Shown: positions 1-7,885 of the stretch, piece by piece
Layout of the letters: each line of letters begins with the position of its first letter
Numbering within the stretch: position 1 is the stretch's first letter
The notes under the pieces: generated by a model
Seen by the model: the letters and a program-made list of their open reading frames with translations, nothing else
The model's database searches: none
What the model was told of the DNA's origin: nothing
Assembly: GCA_963752475.1 (NCBI GenBank)
Contig: CAVVYR010000033.1
Span: 1 to 13,022, forward strand
DNA from: an uncultured Chloroflexia bacterium
GTDB taxonomy: Bacteria > Chloroflexota > Limnocylindria > Limnocylindrales > CSP1-4
Reading direction: 5' to 3'
DNA length: 13,022 nucleotides
Made by a program: the position numbers and the translations under genes

Positions 1-1
1 A

Positions 2-112
2 CATGCTGACGTCTCCGAGCGCCTGCGTCGGGCTGCATTACTCGACGAGGACGGCATTCTGGGCGACCACGAATATGCCGCAAAGGAGGCGGCCCTGCTG
101 GAGCAGCTGTGA
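2..112 (+). CDS. 3' end of a gene entering from the left, with a C-terminal SHOCT-like domain (partial, not in ORF track)
   Basis: Frame 2 reads HADVSERLRRAALLDEDGILGDHEYAAKEAALLEQL* (TGA 110-112). This fits the SHOCT pattern (xxRLxxLxxLxxxGxIxxxEYxxKxxxLL) and aligns without gaps to the C-terminus of the K+ channel at 4115-4888. Confidence 0.7.
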   Translation, partial: HADVSERLRRAALLDEDGILGDHEYAAKEAALLEQL

Positions 113-359
113 CCGCGGCCGCCGCACGTGGGACTTGGCCAGACGGGCCCCGACGCAACGACCACGGATGGGTGGGCCAATCGAACGTGAGTCCGAGGTC
201 TGCTGGCTTTCAACATCTCGGAGACACTGCCGTTGCCTCACAGGCTCATCTAGTCGCACTAGCGCGTCGTCTGTGGCCTTGCGTGATTGCTGCCTCGCTC
301 GGAGATTGCACCTGCACGTTGAACGAACGTGCTGAGAGTCCTCCCTGCATGATTGCGTG

Positions 360-2186
360 ATGAACGCAGCGCCGGATGATTCGACGTTGAGCAAACCAAT
401 CGACATCGTCTCGCAGGTGGAGCGTCTTGCCCAAAGGGCGGAGCAACGATGGCAGCTACTAGCCGACGCCCAGCGCGAAATCGGCCTCGATCCTGAAGCT
501 CCGATCTCGCCCGCGGGGGGTCGCGGGCCACGGGAACGAGCCCTCGAGCTTCGCGACCACACTCGCTCCTTCCTACTGCCCCGGGCCCGGGACCTCGACG
601 CGCCCCTGCTAATCGCCATCGTGGGCCCCACAGGTTCCGGCAAGTCCACCCTCATGAACACTCTGGCCGGTGCACCGGTCAGCACGTCGGGCGTACTGCG
701 GCCGACTACGCGAGTCGCTGTTGCGGTTGGCAACGCCGCCGACCTAGAGCGCGCCATCGATGCCGGCGCCTTGGCGGGCCTCTCGGCCGACCGTCTGGAG
801 CGACGCACCGCGGAGATCCTGCCTGGCCTAGTCATCGTCGATGCTCCCGACGTCAATTCGGTCGAGCACGCCGGTCGCGCCCTAGCCAACCATCTCCTCG
901 AGGCAGCCGACGTGGGTCTCTTCGTGACGACCGCGACACGCTACGCCGACCGCGTCCCGTGGGACGTCTTGGAGCGCGCCGAACAACGCCGACTCGACCT
1001 CATGGTCATCGTCAACCGGATGCCTGCGCGAGAGGACGCGCAGGTGGTTCTCGAGGGCATCGAGGCGCTGCTCGCTGAGACTGAGCTCCGCGTGCGCGAG
1101 GTCATCGGTGTTCCAGACGGCGCCCTCGCGGAGGACGGTGCCTCGCTGGTGCCATCGACAGTTGCACCCCTCACGCGCTGGCTGGCGACGCTATCGGCGG
1201 ACGCAGTCGAGCGGCGTACCTTAGCCTCGGCCGCCCTAGCCGGTGCTCTTCGCGGCGTCACGCCCTTGGCCCACGCTGTGGCCGACGACCTGGACGGGGA
1301 GGTTCGGACGGGGAAGACGCTCCTGGAGTTTGCCCAAGATGCCCACGCCGACGAGTACGCCGCGATGGTCGAGCGGCTGTACTCCGGCTCGCTCCTGCGC
1401 GAGGAGGTCCTCCGCAACTGGCACAGCTTCGTAGGGGCAGACCAAGTCACGCGTCTCTTCTCCAAGGGCGTCGGTCAGGCACGCGATTCAGGTTCGGAGC
1501 TCCTGCGGCGCATTCCTCGGGTGCCGGTTGCCGACGTCCTGCAGGATGCGATGGACGACGGCGCCGCGCTCGTCGGCAGGGCGCGCGGCAGGTTGGGATC
1601 GCTCCGACGGCGCTCTCCTCAGGAACCGGCGGCGGCCGCCCAGCAGGGTGCGACCGATGACATCACCGCGCTCGTCACGAACCACGCCGCGGAAGCCGCG
1701 CGGCGGACATCCCAGCACTGGTCGGCGGACCCCGTCGGGGCGCAGCTCGTGTCTGCCCATCAGGAGCTTTGGTCGTGCACATCTGGATTGGAAGCCGAGA
1801 CGCGCGACGCGGTCGACGCGTGGATGGCGTCGATCGCCCAGGACGTGGCTGCCCGCGGGGCTGGGCGACGTAAGGCCGCTCGTGTCGCTGCGCTAGGCGT
1901 GAACGCGGTGGCCGTGTCGATCATGGTCGCGACCTTCACCTTCACAGGCGGGATCAGCGGTGCCGAGGTCGGCATCGCTGCGACCGGCGCTGTGCTCACT
2001 CAGAAGATGCTCAATGCGCTCTTCGGCGAGGCGGCGGTGCAAGAGATGATTACGCGTGCGCGCGGCCGCCTGAGCGGGGCGTTGGAGGCCCTCTTCGACG
2101 CAGAGCAACGCAGGTTCGAGGAGCACCTCGGGGACAGTGCCACGCGTGTGCGGCTGATAGGCGAGCTCCGCTCGCTCTCAGTGTGA
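360..2186 (+). CDS. Dynamin-like / TRAFAC GTPase, first gene of a pair
   Basis: G1 GPTGSGKST, G2 RPTT, G3 DAPD, degenerate G4 VNRMP, a long helical region and a C-terminal hydrophobic segment (VAALGVNAVAVSIMVATFTFTGG...GIAATGAVL). ATG 360 is preferred; GTG 357 is the alternative. Confidence 0.85.
   Translation: MNAAPDDSTLSKPIDIVSQVERLAQRAEQRWQLLADAQREIGLDPEAPISPAGGRGPRERALELRDHTRSFLLPRARDLDAPLLIAIVGPTGSGKSTLMNTLAGAPVSTSGVLRPTTRVAVAVGNAADLERAIDAGALAGLSADRLERRTAEILPGLVIVDAPDVNSVEHAGRALANHLLEAADVGLFVTTATRYADRVPWDVLERAEQRRLDLMVIVNRMPAREDAQVVLEGIEALLAETELRVREVIGVPDGALAEDGASLVPSTVAPLTRWLATLSADAVERRTLASAALAGALRGVTPLAHAVADDLDGEVRTGKTLLEFAQDAHADEYAAMVERLYSGSLLREEVLRNWHSFVGADQVTRLFSKGVGQARDSGSELLRRIPRVPVADVLQDAMDDGAALVGRARGRLGSLRRRSPQEPAAAAQQGATDDITALVTNHAAEAARRTSQHWSADPVGAQLVSAHQELWSCTSGLEAETRDAVDAWMASIAQDVAARGAGRRKAARVAALGVNAVAVSIMVATFTFTGGISGAEVGIAATGAVLTQKMLNALFGEAAVQEMITRARGRLSGALEALFDAEQRRFEEHLGDSATRVRLIGELRSLSV
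1470..1673 (+). repeat. Diverged 102-bp in-frame tandem duplication inside the first GTPase
   Basis: 1470-1571 encodes VGQARDSGSELLRRIPRVPVADVLQDAMDDGAAL and 1572-1673 encodes VGRARGRLGSLRRRSPQEPAAAAQQGATDDITAL. 16/34 aa are identical without gaps. Both copies start gtcgg and end ccgcgctc. Confidence 0.8.
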
Positions 2187-2190
2187 CCAC

Positions 2191-3780
2191 ATGACTCTCG
2201 AGATGGTGCAGGAGGCACTGGAGCGTGCCATCGGAGCCGCTGAGGAACTCGGTCTTGACGTCGCCGAGGCGCAGGAGGTCTCCCGGACCATCGACGAGCG
2301 GCAGGGCTACCCCAGTGACCTCTACGTGCTCGGTCTCGTCGGCGGGACTGGCGTGGGCAAGTCCACCCTTCTGAACTCCATCGCGGGTGCTGATGTCAGC
2401 GCAGCCGGAGCCCGTCGCCCGACCACGAGGTCGCCGGTGGCTCTGCTGCCCTCCAGCTACCAGGACCAAGCGGCCGCCTTGCTTGACTGGCTGGGCGGGG
2501 CAGAGGTCAGGACCTGGGCCGGCGAGGGGTCTGCGGTCGCCATAGTCGATCTTCCGGATCTCGACTCCATCGAACCGGCCCACGCCGCGCGTGTCGACGC
2601 CGTGTTGCCGAAGATCGATGCGGTGCTGTGGGTGACCGACCCGGAGAAATACGACGACGCGATCCTGCACGATTACTACCTCCGGCGTTGGATGCCGCGT
2701 CTTGCTCGTCAGGCCGTCGTCATCAACAAAGCCGACACGATGCCTCCTGAGGACGCGGAGCGCGTCTGCGACGATCTCAGGCGTCGGCTTCGAGCGGAGG
2801 CTCTGCCGGAGATCCCGGTGCTTAGCCTGTCAGCCGTCGCGGATATCGAACCGCTGCGTCGCTGGCTATCCGAAGGGGCATCGGTCAAGGCCATCGTCTT
2901 CGAGCGGCTTCGACGGGGCGCCGTCGAGTCTGCGCGTGAGCTCGCCATCGCTGCCGATGTCTGGGGCGAGGTCGCCCCCGAGCCGCTCGTCAGGACGGCG
3001 GCACAGGCAGACGCGGCGGTCGTCGCCCGCGACGCCATCCTCGACATCATCGGCCCCGACGGATTGCGCGCGCAGTCGACAGCGGTGATGCGAGCCGAGG
3101 CGGGCGGCGGACCGGTCCATCGGGCACGCGCATTGCTGGAAATCGGCTCGGGCGCCGCCGCGAAGCGCGCCGATCCGGCGGGCTACCTGTTGCGCTGGCG
3201 GGAACGTGGCTCACTCGACCGTGCCGTGGCACCCATCCGACAGATCCTGCTGGAGGCCGCCGCCGCTCTGCCCGCACGGCTGCGTCCTACCGTTCTCGCG
3301 ACCGCGGAGCCCGCGGCAATAAGCGAGCGACTCGCGCACGGCATCGACGGCGCCGTGAGCCGTCCGGCTTCGGCACGCGACCGGCCCCCAAGCAGGCGCT
3401 GGCTGGCGATCAAGCCGCTGCAGTTCCTTTCGGTCGGCTCCTTGCTGGTCGGGATCATCTGGCAGGCGTCGCTGTTGGCCAGTTTCGGGTCCGCGCCCAC
3501 TGCCACCATCGACGTCCCAGTCCTCGGGCCGATGCCCACGCCCGTGGTGCTCATCTTGGGGGGATTGCTGGGCTGGTTCCTCTTGAATCGTTTGCTGCGC
3601 CGGCAAGCCGACCAACTGGGGAAGCAATGGGCCGACTCGATCCTTGCAGACGTCTCCCGGGAGATCTCGACCGTCGTGACCGACGTCCTCGCTTCTCAGC
3701 TGGCATCGTCGGATGAGGCGCGACACGCCCTATGGGCCGCCGTACGAGACATCGAGCAGCCATCGGCCAACACTCGGTGA
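2191..3780 (+). CDS. Dynamin-like / YfjP-like GTPase with a C-terminal transmembrane hairpin, second gene of the pair
   Basis: G1 GGTGVGKST, G2 RPTT, G3 DLPDLDS, TDPEKYDD, G4 NKAD. Two hydrophobic helices (LQFLSVGSLLVGIIWQASLL; PVVLILGGLLGWFLL). It starts 4 nt after the upstream stop, so the two genes look operonic. Confidence 0.85.
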   Translation: MTLEMVQEALERAIGAAEELGLDVAEAQEVSRTIDERQGYPSDLYVLGLVGGTGVGKSTLLNSIAGADVSAAGARRPTTRSPVALLPSSYQDQAAALLDWLGGAEVRTWAGEGSAVAIVDLPDLDSIEPAHAARVDAVLPKIDAVLWVTDPEKYDDAILHDYYLRRWMPRLARQAVVINKADTMPPEDAERVCDDLRRRLRAEALPEIPVLSLSAVADIEPLRRWLSEGASVKAIVFERLRRGAVESARELAIAADVWGEVAPEPLVRTAAQADAAVVARDAILDIIGPDGLRAQSTAVMRAEAGGGPVHRARALLEIGSGAAAKRADPAGYLLRWRERGSLDRAVAPIRQILLEAAAALPARLRPTVLATAEPAAISERLAHGIDGAVSRPASARDRPPSRRWLAIKPLQFLSVGSLLVGIIWQASLLASFGSAPTATIDVPVLGPMPTPVVLILGGLLGWFLLNRLLRRQADQLGKQWADSILADVSREISTVVTDVLASQLASSDEARHALWAAVRDIEQPSANTR

Positions 3781-4114
3781 CGCTGGCCGGGCGCGACTGA
3801 GACCGGAGCCTCGATCCTTGGAGCCGACCGTCGATGCAGCTACTCAGCCAACAACACGAGCCGATGAAGGGCGACTGTCGCACCATCACCAGATAGTGTC
3901 CACCGAGCACTCGCGGAACGTGGGCGTGGCCGACACAGCGCAGGAGTGGTCAGGCCGCACTGCGCAGCCTGCGCGAACCGTATGCGAGCGAGGCGGCGGC
4001 GGGGTTGGTCTTCCCTCGGTCCTGACGCTGGAGAGCAGCGATCGCTCGCCTCGAGTGACACGGCCGACCCGTGACGGATTTGTCATGGCCACTCGCAGGA
4101 TTGTCGAGCCTTGA

Positions 4115-4888
4115 CTACAGCTCAGCCACCAGGGTCTCCCTCTTCTCCGCGTACTCCTGCTCGCTGATCAGGCTTTCGGCCAACAGTGCCTCGAGATCTC
4201 GTAGCCGGTCCGCTGGTGTCAGGCTCCCGCTTTCGTGAGAGGCGATCAGCGCGCTTGTGATGGTGCCGGTGATCGCGGCGAAGAGCGTGATACCGATGAT
4301 CATCAGGCCGCCCGCGGCGAGCTTGCCTTCGAGCGTCGTTGGATAGACATCTCCGTAGCCGACGGTGGTGAGCGTGACCACGCCCCACCACAGGGCATCA
4401 GCGGGATGAGAGAAGTCTTCGTTGCTGCCTGTCTCGGCGAGGTACAGCGCGGTGGAGCAGATCACCGCCACGCCGATCCAGGCCAGGAACAACCCGATGA
4501 GCTGCCGATTGCTCGCGAAGCGTTCGAGTGACGTCAGGGCTCGGTAGACACCGGAGAAGGCGCGCACGAGGCGGACGAGCCGGAAGAGCCGAAGCAGGCG
4601 CAGAGGTCGGGCCGCCGGAATCAAGGCGATGGCATCGATCCAGTGGCCTCGGAGGTACTGACCGCGATCCGGGGAGGCCAACAGGCGAGTGATGAACTCG
4701 GCACCGAGGATGACCCACACGATGACATCGAACACCAGGGTGGCACTCGACTCCGCGACCGTGAAGCTGACCACGACCCACGCGATGGTGAGCGCCGCCA
4801 TGACGAGCTCCCAGGCGATCTCATTCCGGACGATGAAGGCGTTGTACCGGTCTCGGAGCGGAGGTCGTGGCGAAGATGGCGTCCCCAT
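4115..4888 (-). CDS. Voltage-gated (6-TM, KvAP-like) potassium channel with a C-terminal SHOCT domain
   Basis: Selectivity filter TTVGYGD after pore helix DALWWGVVTL; S4 sensor RPLRLLRLFRLVRLVR; six hydrophobic segments; tail ADRLRDLEALLAESLISEQEYAEKRETLVAEL. ATG 4888 is preferred over the ORF-track start at 4963. Confidence 0.93.
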   Translation of the reverse strand: MGTPSSPRPPLRDRYNAFIVRNEIAWELVMAALTIAWVVVSFTVAESSATLVFDVIVWVILGAEFITRLLASPDRGQYLRGHWIDAIALIPAARPLRLLRLFRLVRLVRAFSGVYRALTSLERFASNRQLIGLFLAWIGVAVICSTALYLAETGSNEDFSHPADALWWGVVTLTTVGYGDVYPTTLEGKLAAGGLMIIGITLFAAITGTITSALIASHESGSLTPADRLRDLEALLAESLISEQEYAEKRETLVAEL

Positions 4889-5064
4889 GTCGGTCACGTT
4901 GCGCGACGATCCGACTGGTACGCAAGTGAGACGAATGGGTGGGTTAGGGGTAGTCGGGGGCACTACGGTCCACCTAGCGACGACCCCCTGAATTCACACC
5001 AGCCTACTGACTCCTGACGCGGTTGCCCGACGCGAGGAGGCCGGACGAATGAGACCATCACGGC

Positions 5065-6124
5065 ATGACGAGCCGAACGATCGTGAGCGCGATGGTGGCG
5101 GCGAGCTTGCTGGCAGGCGTCACTCTCACGGCATCTGGGCAGCCTGCCGAGTTGGCACCAGGCACGCCTCCGCCAGTCGAGGTCTCTGTCGACTGCATGG
5201 CCAGCCCCGAGCGAGTCACCGTCACCAACAACACCAAGAGGCCCATCAAGCTCAAGAGCGTCGGCTCGACGTACCAGAGGCGAGCTGGCGAGCCGTACAA
5301 GGTGAAGAAGACTCTCAAGCCCGGCAAGAGCGTCAGCTACACGTTCGGCACCGGCAACGGCAAGGGCAAGCGCCTTACGGGCAGCTTCGTCTTCGACAAC
5401 GACTCGCCTAAGGAAGGCGTGGTCGTGAAGACGAGCAAGGGCAACGTCAAGGTCAGGTGTTCCGAGATCACGAACGTACCGCCAGAACCGGAGCCGGTGG
5501 AGCTCGTCGAGGTCTCCGTCGAGCCGGTAGGCGTGGGTGAAGCGACCGACGCGCTCGAGCTCCTGGCCACGCTATCCGTCGAGCCCGAGGTCGAGGACGG
5601 CTACGCGCGCGGCTTCTTCGAACACTGGATCGATGCCGACGGCGATAACTGCGACACGCGCCACGAGGTGCTCATCGCCGAGTCGTTGACTTCAGTCACG
5701 GTGGGCGACGGTTGCAGTATCGAAGACGGCAGCTGGTACTCGGCCGCCGACGGTGACACCCTCACGAACCCGGCTTCGATCGACATCAACCACGTCGTGC
5801 CGCTCAAGGAGGCCTGGGCCTCGGGCGCCTATACGTGGACACCCGAGCAACGTCAGGCATTCGCCAACGATCTCGGTGACGACCGTACGCTCCAGGCAGT
5901 GTCGGCAGGCGCGAACCGTCAGCAGGGCGACGACGGACCCGGCGTCATGGCTGCCGGCGGACCGAGAGGTTGCCTGTCAGTTCGTCGCTGACTGGGTCGC
6001 GATCAAGGCCACGTGGGGCCTGAGCGTGGACCAAGCCGAGCACGACGCCATCGCCGCTACGCTTGAGTATTGCCCTGAGCGGATGGTCACCGTCACGCCG
6101 CGGGAGCCGGCCGGAGAAGGCTGA
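5065..6124 (+). pseudogene. Secreted HNH-type nuclease (DUF1524-like) with an N-terminal Lys-rich beta domain; +1 frameshift near 5935
   Basis: Signal peptide MTSRTIVSAMVAASLLAGVTLTASG. The motifs YARGFFEHWIDADG, CDTRHEVL, GSWYS, DINHVVPLKEAWASGA, FANDL and VSAGANR lie in frame 5065. The expected continuation DPASWLP...CQFVADWVAIKATWGLSVDQAE...LEYC lies in the frame ending at 6124. Removing one G at 5935-5936 gives NRQQGDDDPASWLP. The frameshift could be a sequencing error. Confidence 0.8.
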
Positions 6125-6211
6125 GGCGGCCACGGTGGATGGGCCTAGCAATACTGGGCGGGCCCGCAGGTGCCTCAGTGTGCTCCGTAGGTTGTCGCTG
6201 TCAGGCCGTGA

Positions 6212-6844
6212 TCACGACTCGCAGCCGATGCCGTCGTTGTCGCCATCGAACCCGTGTGGGTCCTTCCCTCGCACCGGGAAGTCACGCTTGCTGATGTCGC
6301 CACAGTCCAAGTCCGGCGCGTTCGGGCGGAGGCACAGCGTCGGGTACGACCAATCGCACGTTCTGGTCTTCGGCGTCGGCGTTGGCGCTGGCGCTGGCTT
6401 GGGCTTGGGCTTGACATACTTCTTCTCGAGGCGCGTGGACACGGTCACGCCGGGAGGTCGCTTCAGGAACGCCTTGTCATAGACGCCCCAAACTTCGCCA
6501 CGTCGCTTGCCGAAGAACTTCCGGGCAGGCGTCTCCGGTCCCACTCCACTGAAGACGGTGACGGTTCGACCGGGGCCGATGACGCTGTCTGCGCCGAAGA
6601 CGAAGATGTTCTTGCGGCTCTTGTCGTGGATTCGCCAGGCCTTGAGGCTGATCGGTCGGTTGCAGGTGTTCTTGATGCGCACCCACTCACCGTTGAGGTT
6701 GCGCCTGAGGTTGTCGTTGCCGGGAGCATTGAACTTGGAGGCGACGAACTTCACGCAGCCCGCCGCTTCGACCGGCTGAGGCGGGGTCGCAAAGATGCTC
6801 AGCCCGAGCACGAGGCTGACCGCGATGGTGATACGAAGAATCAT
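6212..6844 (-). CDS. Secreted lamin-tail-domain protein with a C-terminal Excalibur-like Ca-binding domain
   Basis: Signal peptide MILRITIAVSLVLGLSIFA...EAA; LTD-like FNAPGNDN..NLNGEWVRIKN..ISLKAWRIHD..IGPGRTVTVFSGVG; Pro-rich linker; CDWSYPTLC..DLDCGDI..DPHGFDGDNDGIGCE. AGGGGG RBS upstream of ATG 6844. Confidence 0.85.
   Translation of the reverse strand: MILRITIAVSLVLGLSIFATPPQPVEAAGCVKFVASKFNAPGNDNLRRNLNGEWVRIKNTCNRPISLKAWRIHDKSRKNIFVFGADSVIGPGRTVTVFSGVGPETPARKFFGKRRGEVWGVYDKAFLKRPPGVTVSTRLEKKYVKPKPKPAPAPTPTPKTRTCDWSYPTLCLRPNAPDLDCGDISKRDFPVRGKDPHGFDGDNDGIGCES
6372..6412 (-). repeat. Hexanucleotide repeats encoding a KPKPKPAPAPTPTP linker
   Basis: ggcgtc-ggcgtt-ggcgct-ggcgct-ggcttg-ggcttg-ggctt on the + strand. 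Confidence 0.8.
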
Positions 6845-6879
6845 CCGATGGGATCCCCCTGTGGTTCTAGTCACGTCCC

Positions 6880-6908
6880 ACTCCAGCCACTCTCCCACGA
6901 GCTGTCAA
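6880..6908 (-). promoter_or_regulatory. Possible sigma70-type promoter of the LTD/Excalibur gene
   Basis: Minus strand TTGACA (6908-6903), 17-nt spacer, weak -10 TGGAGT. Confidence 0.3.
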
Positions 6909-7006
6909 CGGTCCGATCGGCCCATGGACGACGAACGAGCCGATAGACGTCGCTTCACGACGTGGGATGTCGCCGACGCCCTTGTCCGCCTTCATCTCGG
7001 CTGCCG

Positions 7007-7357
7007 TGGGGATTACACGCCATTCCGACCACCCATTCCACGGCAATCCGATCAGCCGTTCCAAGGGCTTGCGATCACCCCCACCGTGAGGCCAACGCAG
7101 CTGACGCGAGAGCGCCGTGGCCCGCTATCGTGGCTCGGATGATTCACCCGTTCGAGGACGATACAGGTACCACGCTCCTGTTCCGCCATGTGCAAAATCT
7201 GTGAGCTACTCCACCTCCACCTCGGCGAGGGCTGAGCCGCCGCCAGGCGGCCATCGCGGCGGGCATGCCCTATGCCACCGCAGTCGATCACCTTGCCCGT
7301 GCCGCCCGGGCAGGTCTGGGCTGGCCGCTGCCCGATGGGCTCGATGACGGGCAGCTC
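7007..7357 (+). mobile_element. Decayed IS21-family insertion sequence remnant: left end plus istA 5' fragment
   Basis: Begins TGGGGATTAC at 7007, followed by three repeats at an exact 23-bp period (ccgaccacccattcc 7025, ccgatcagccgttcc 7048, gcgatcacccccacc 7071), typical of IS21-family multi-repeat ends. An IstA-like N-terminus follows. No istB or right end is seen in the window. Confidence 0.8.
7167..7357 (+). pseudogene. istA: IS21-family transposase IstA, N-terminal HTH fragment, frameshifted and truncated
   Basis: (V)PRSCSAMCKICELLHLHLGEG, then a 1-nt deletion near 7229-7231, then LSRRQAAIAAGMPYATAVDHLARAARAGLGWPLPDGLDDGQL. This matches the IstA start pattern MRKIREVLRL...GLSxRxIA...YLxRAxxAGLxWPLPxxLDDxxL. 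GAGGA RBS at 7154-7158. Confidence 0.8.
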
Positions 7358-7795
7358 GTGCTCGAGCTCGAGGCGCCCGATGGCGGCGAGCCGATCCGCG
7401 TGAACGGCGTCATCGACCGTATCGATCGTCATCCCGACGGTTCGATCGAGATCCTCGACTACAAGACCGGCCGCTCCAAGTCGCAGAAGCAGGTCGACAC
7501 CGACGACCAGCTCTCGACGTACGCCCTGGCCATGGCGCGCGGTGCCGTCACCGACGAGATCACCGGCGATCCGCTACCGGCAGCCTCGAAGCTGACGCTC
7601 TACTTCACCGAGTCGGACACGGCGGTGTCTACCACGCGCACCCCCGAGCAGCTCGAGGAGCATGCGGCATCCCTCACGTCGCTCGCGATCTCGCTGCGAT
7701 CAGGCGACTTCACCGCGATGCCCAGCTACCAGGCCTGCGGCTGGTGCGACTTCAGCCGCGTCTGCCCGAGCCGCTACCAGACCCCGGAGGGCTGA
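7358..7795 (+). pseudogene. C-terminal fragment of a RecB/AddB/Cas4-like PD-(D/E)XK nuclease, in frame with the istA fragment (chimeric ORF 7265-7795)
   Basis: GVIDRID...IEILDYKTG, QLSTYALA and C-terminal CGWCDFSRVC (three of the four Fe-S cysteines). The N-terminal part of the domain, with the first Cys, is replaced by istA sequence. Confidence 0.75.
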
Positions 7796-7885
7796 GCCGG
7801 CGAACGAGGCCTCTGTTCGTTCTGCCGTCGGTAGGTGTCTGGTGCGCGCTGATAGCGTGGTGTCCTCGCGACAGGAGACCCATCG

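Noticed and set aside
3781-4114. Gene or ncRNA in the 334-bp gap between convergent genes
   Set aside because: The small ORFs show no motifs or convincing starts, and I could not see an RNA signature or repeat.
4933-4942. gaatgggtgg matching the reverse complement of an IS21 end repeat
   Set aside because: Single 10-bp match on the wrong side of the element, with no periodic repeats; likely chance.
6143-6159. Terminator hairpin gcctag-caata-ctgggc between convergent genes
   Set aside because: Short stem with a wobble pair and no U-tract; not distinguishable from background.
7025-7085. Short repeats near a Cas4-like nuclease as a mini-CRISPR array
   Set aside because: Units are about 15 bp with 8-bp gaps (23-bp period), too short for CRISPR. 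There are no cas1/cas2 genes, and the repeats are explained as an IS21 end preceding istA.
7265-7795. Intact standalone cas4 or addB gene
   Set aside because: The first ~31 codons are IstA-derived and the N-terminal Fe-S cysteine region is missing.
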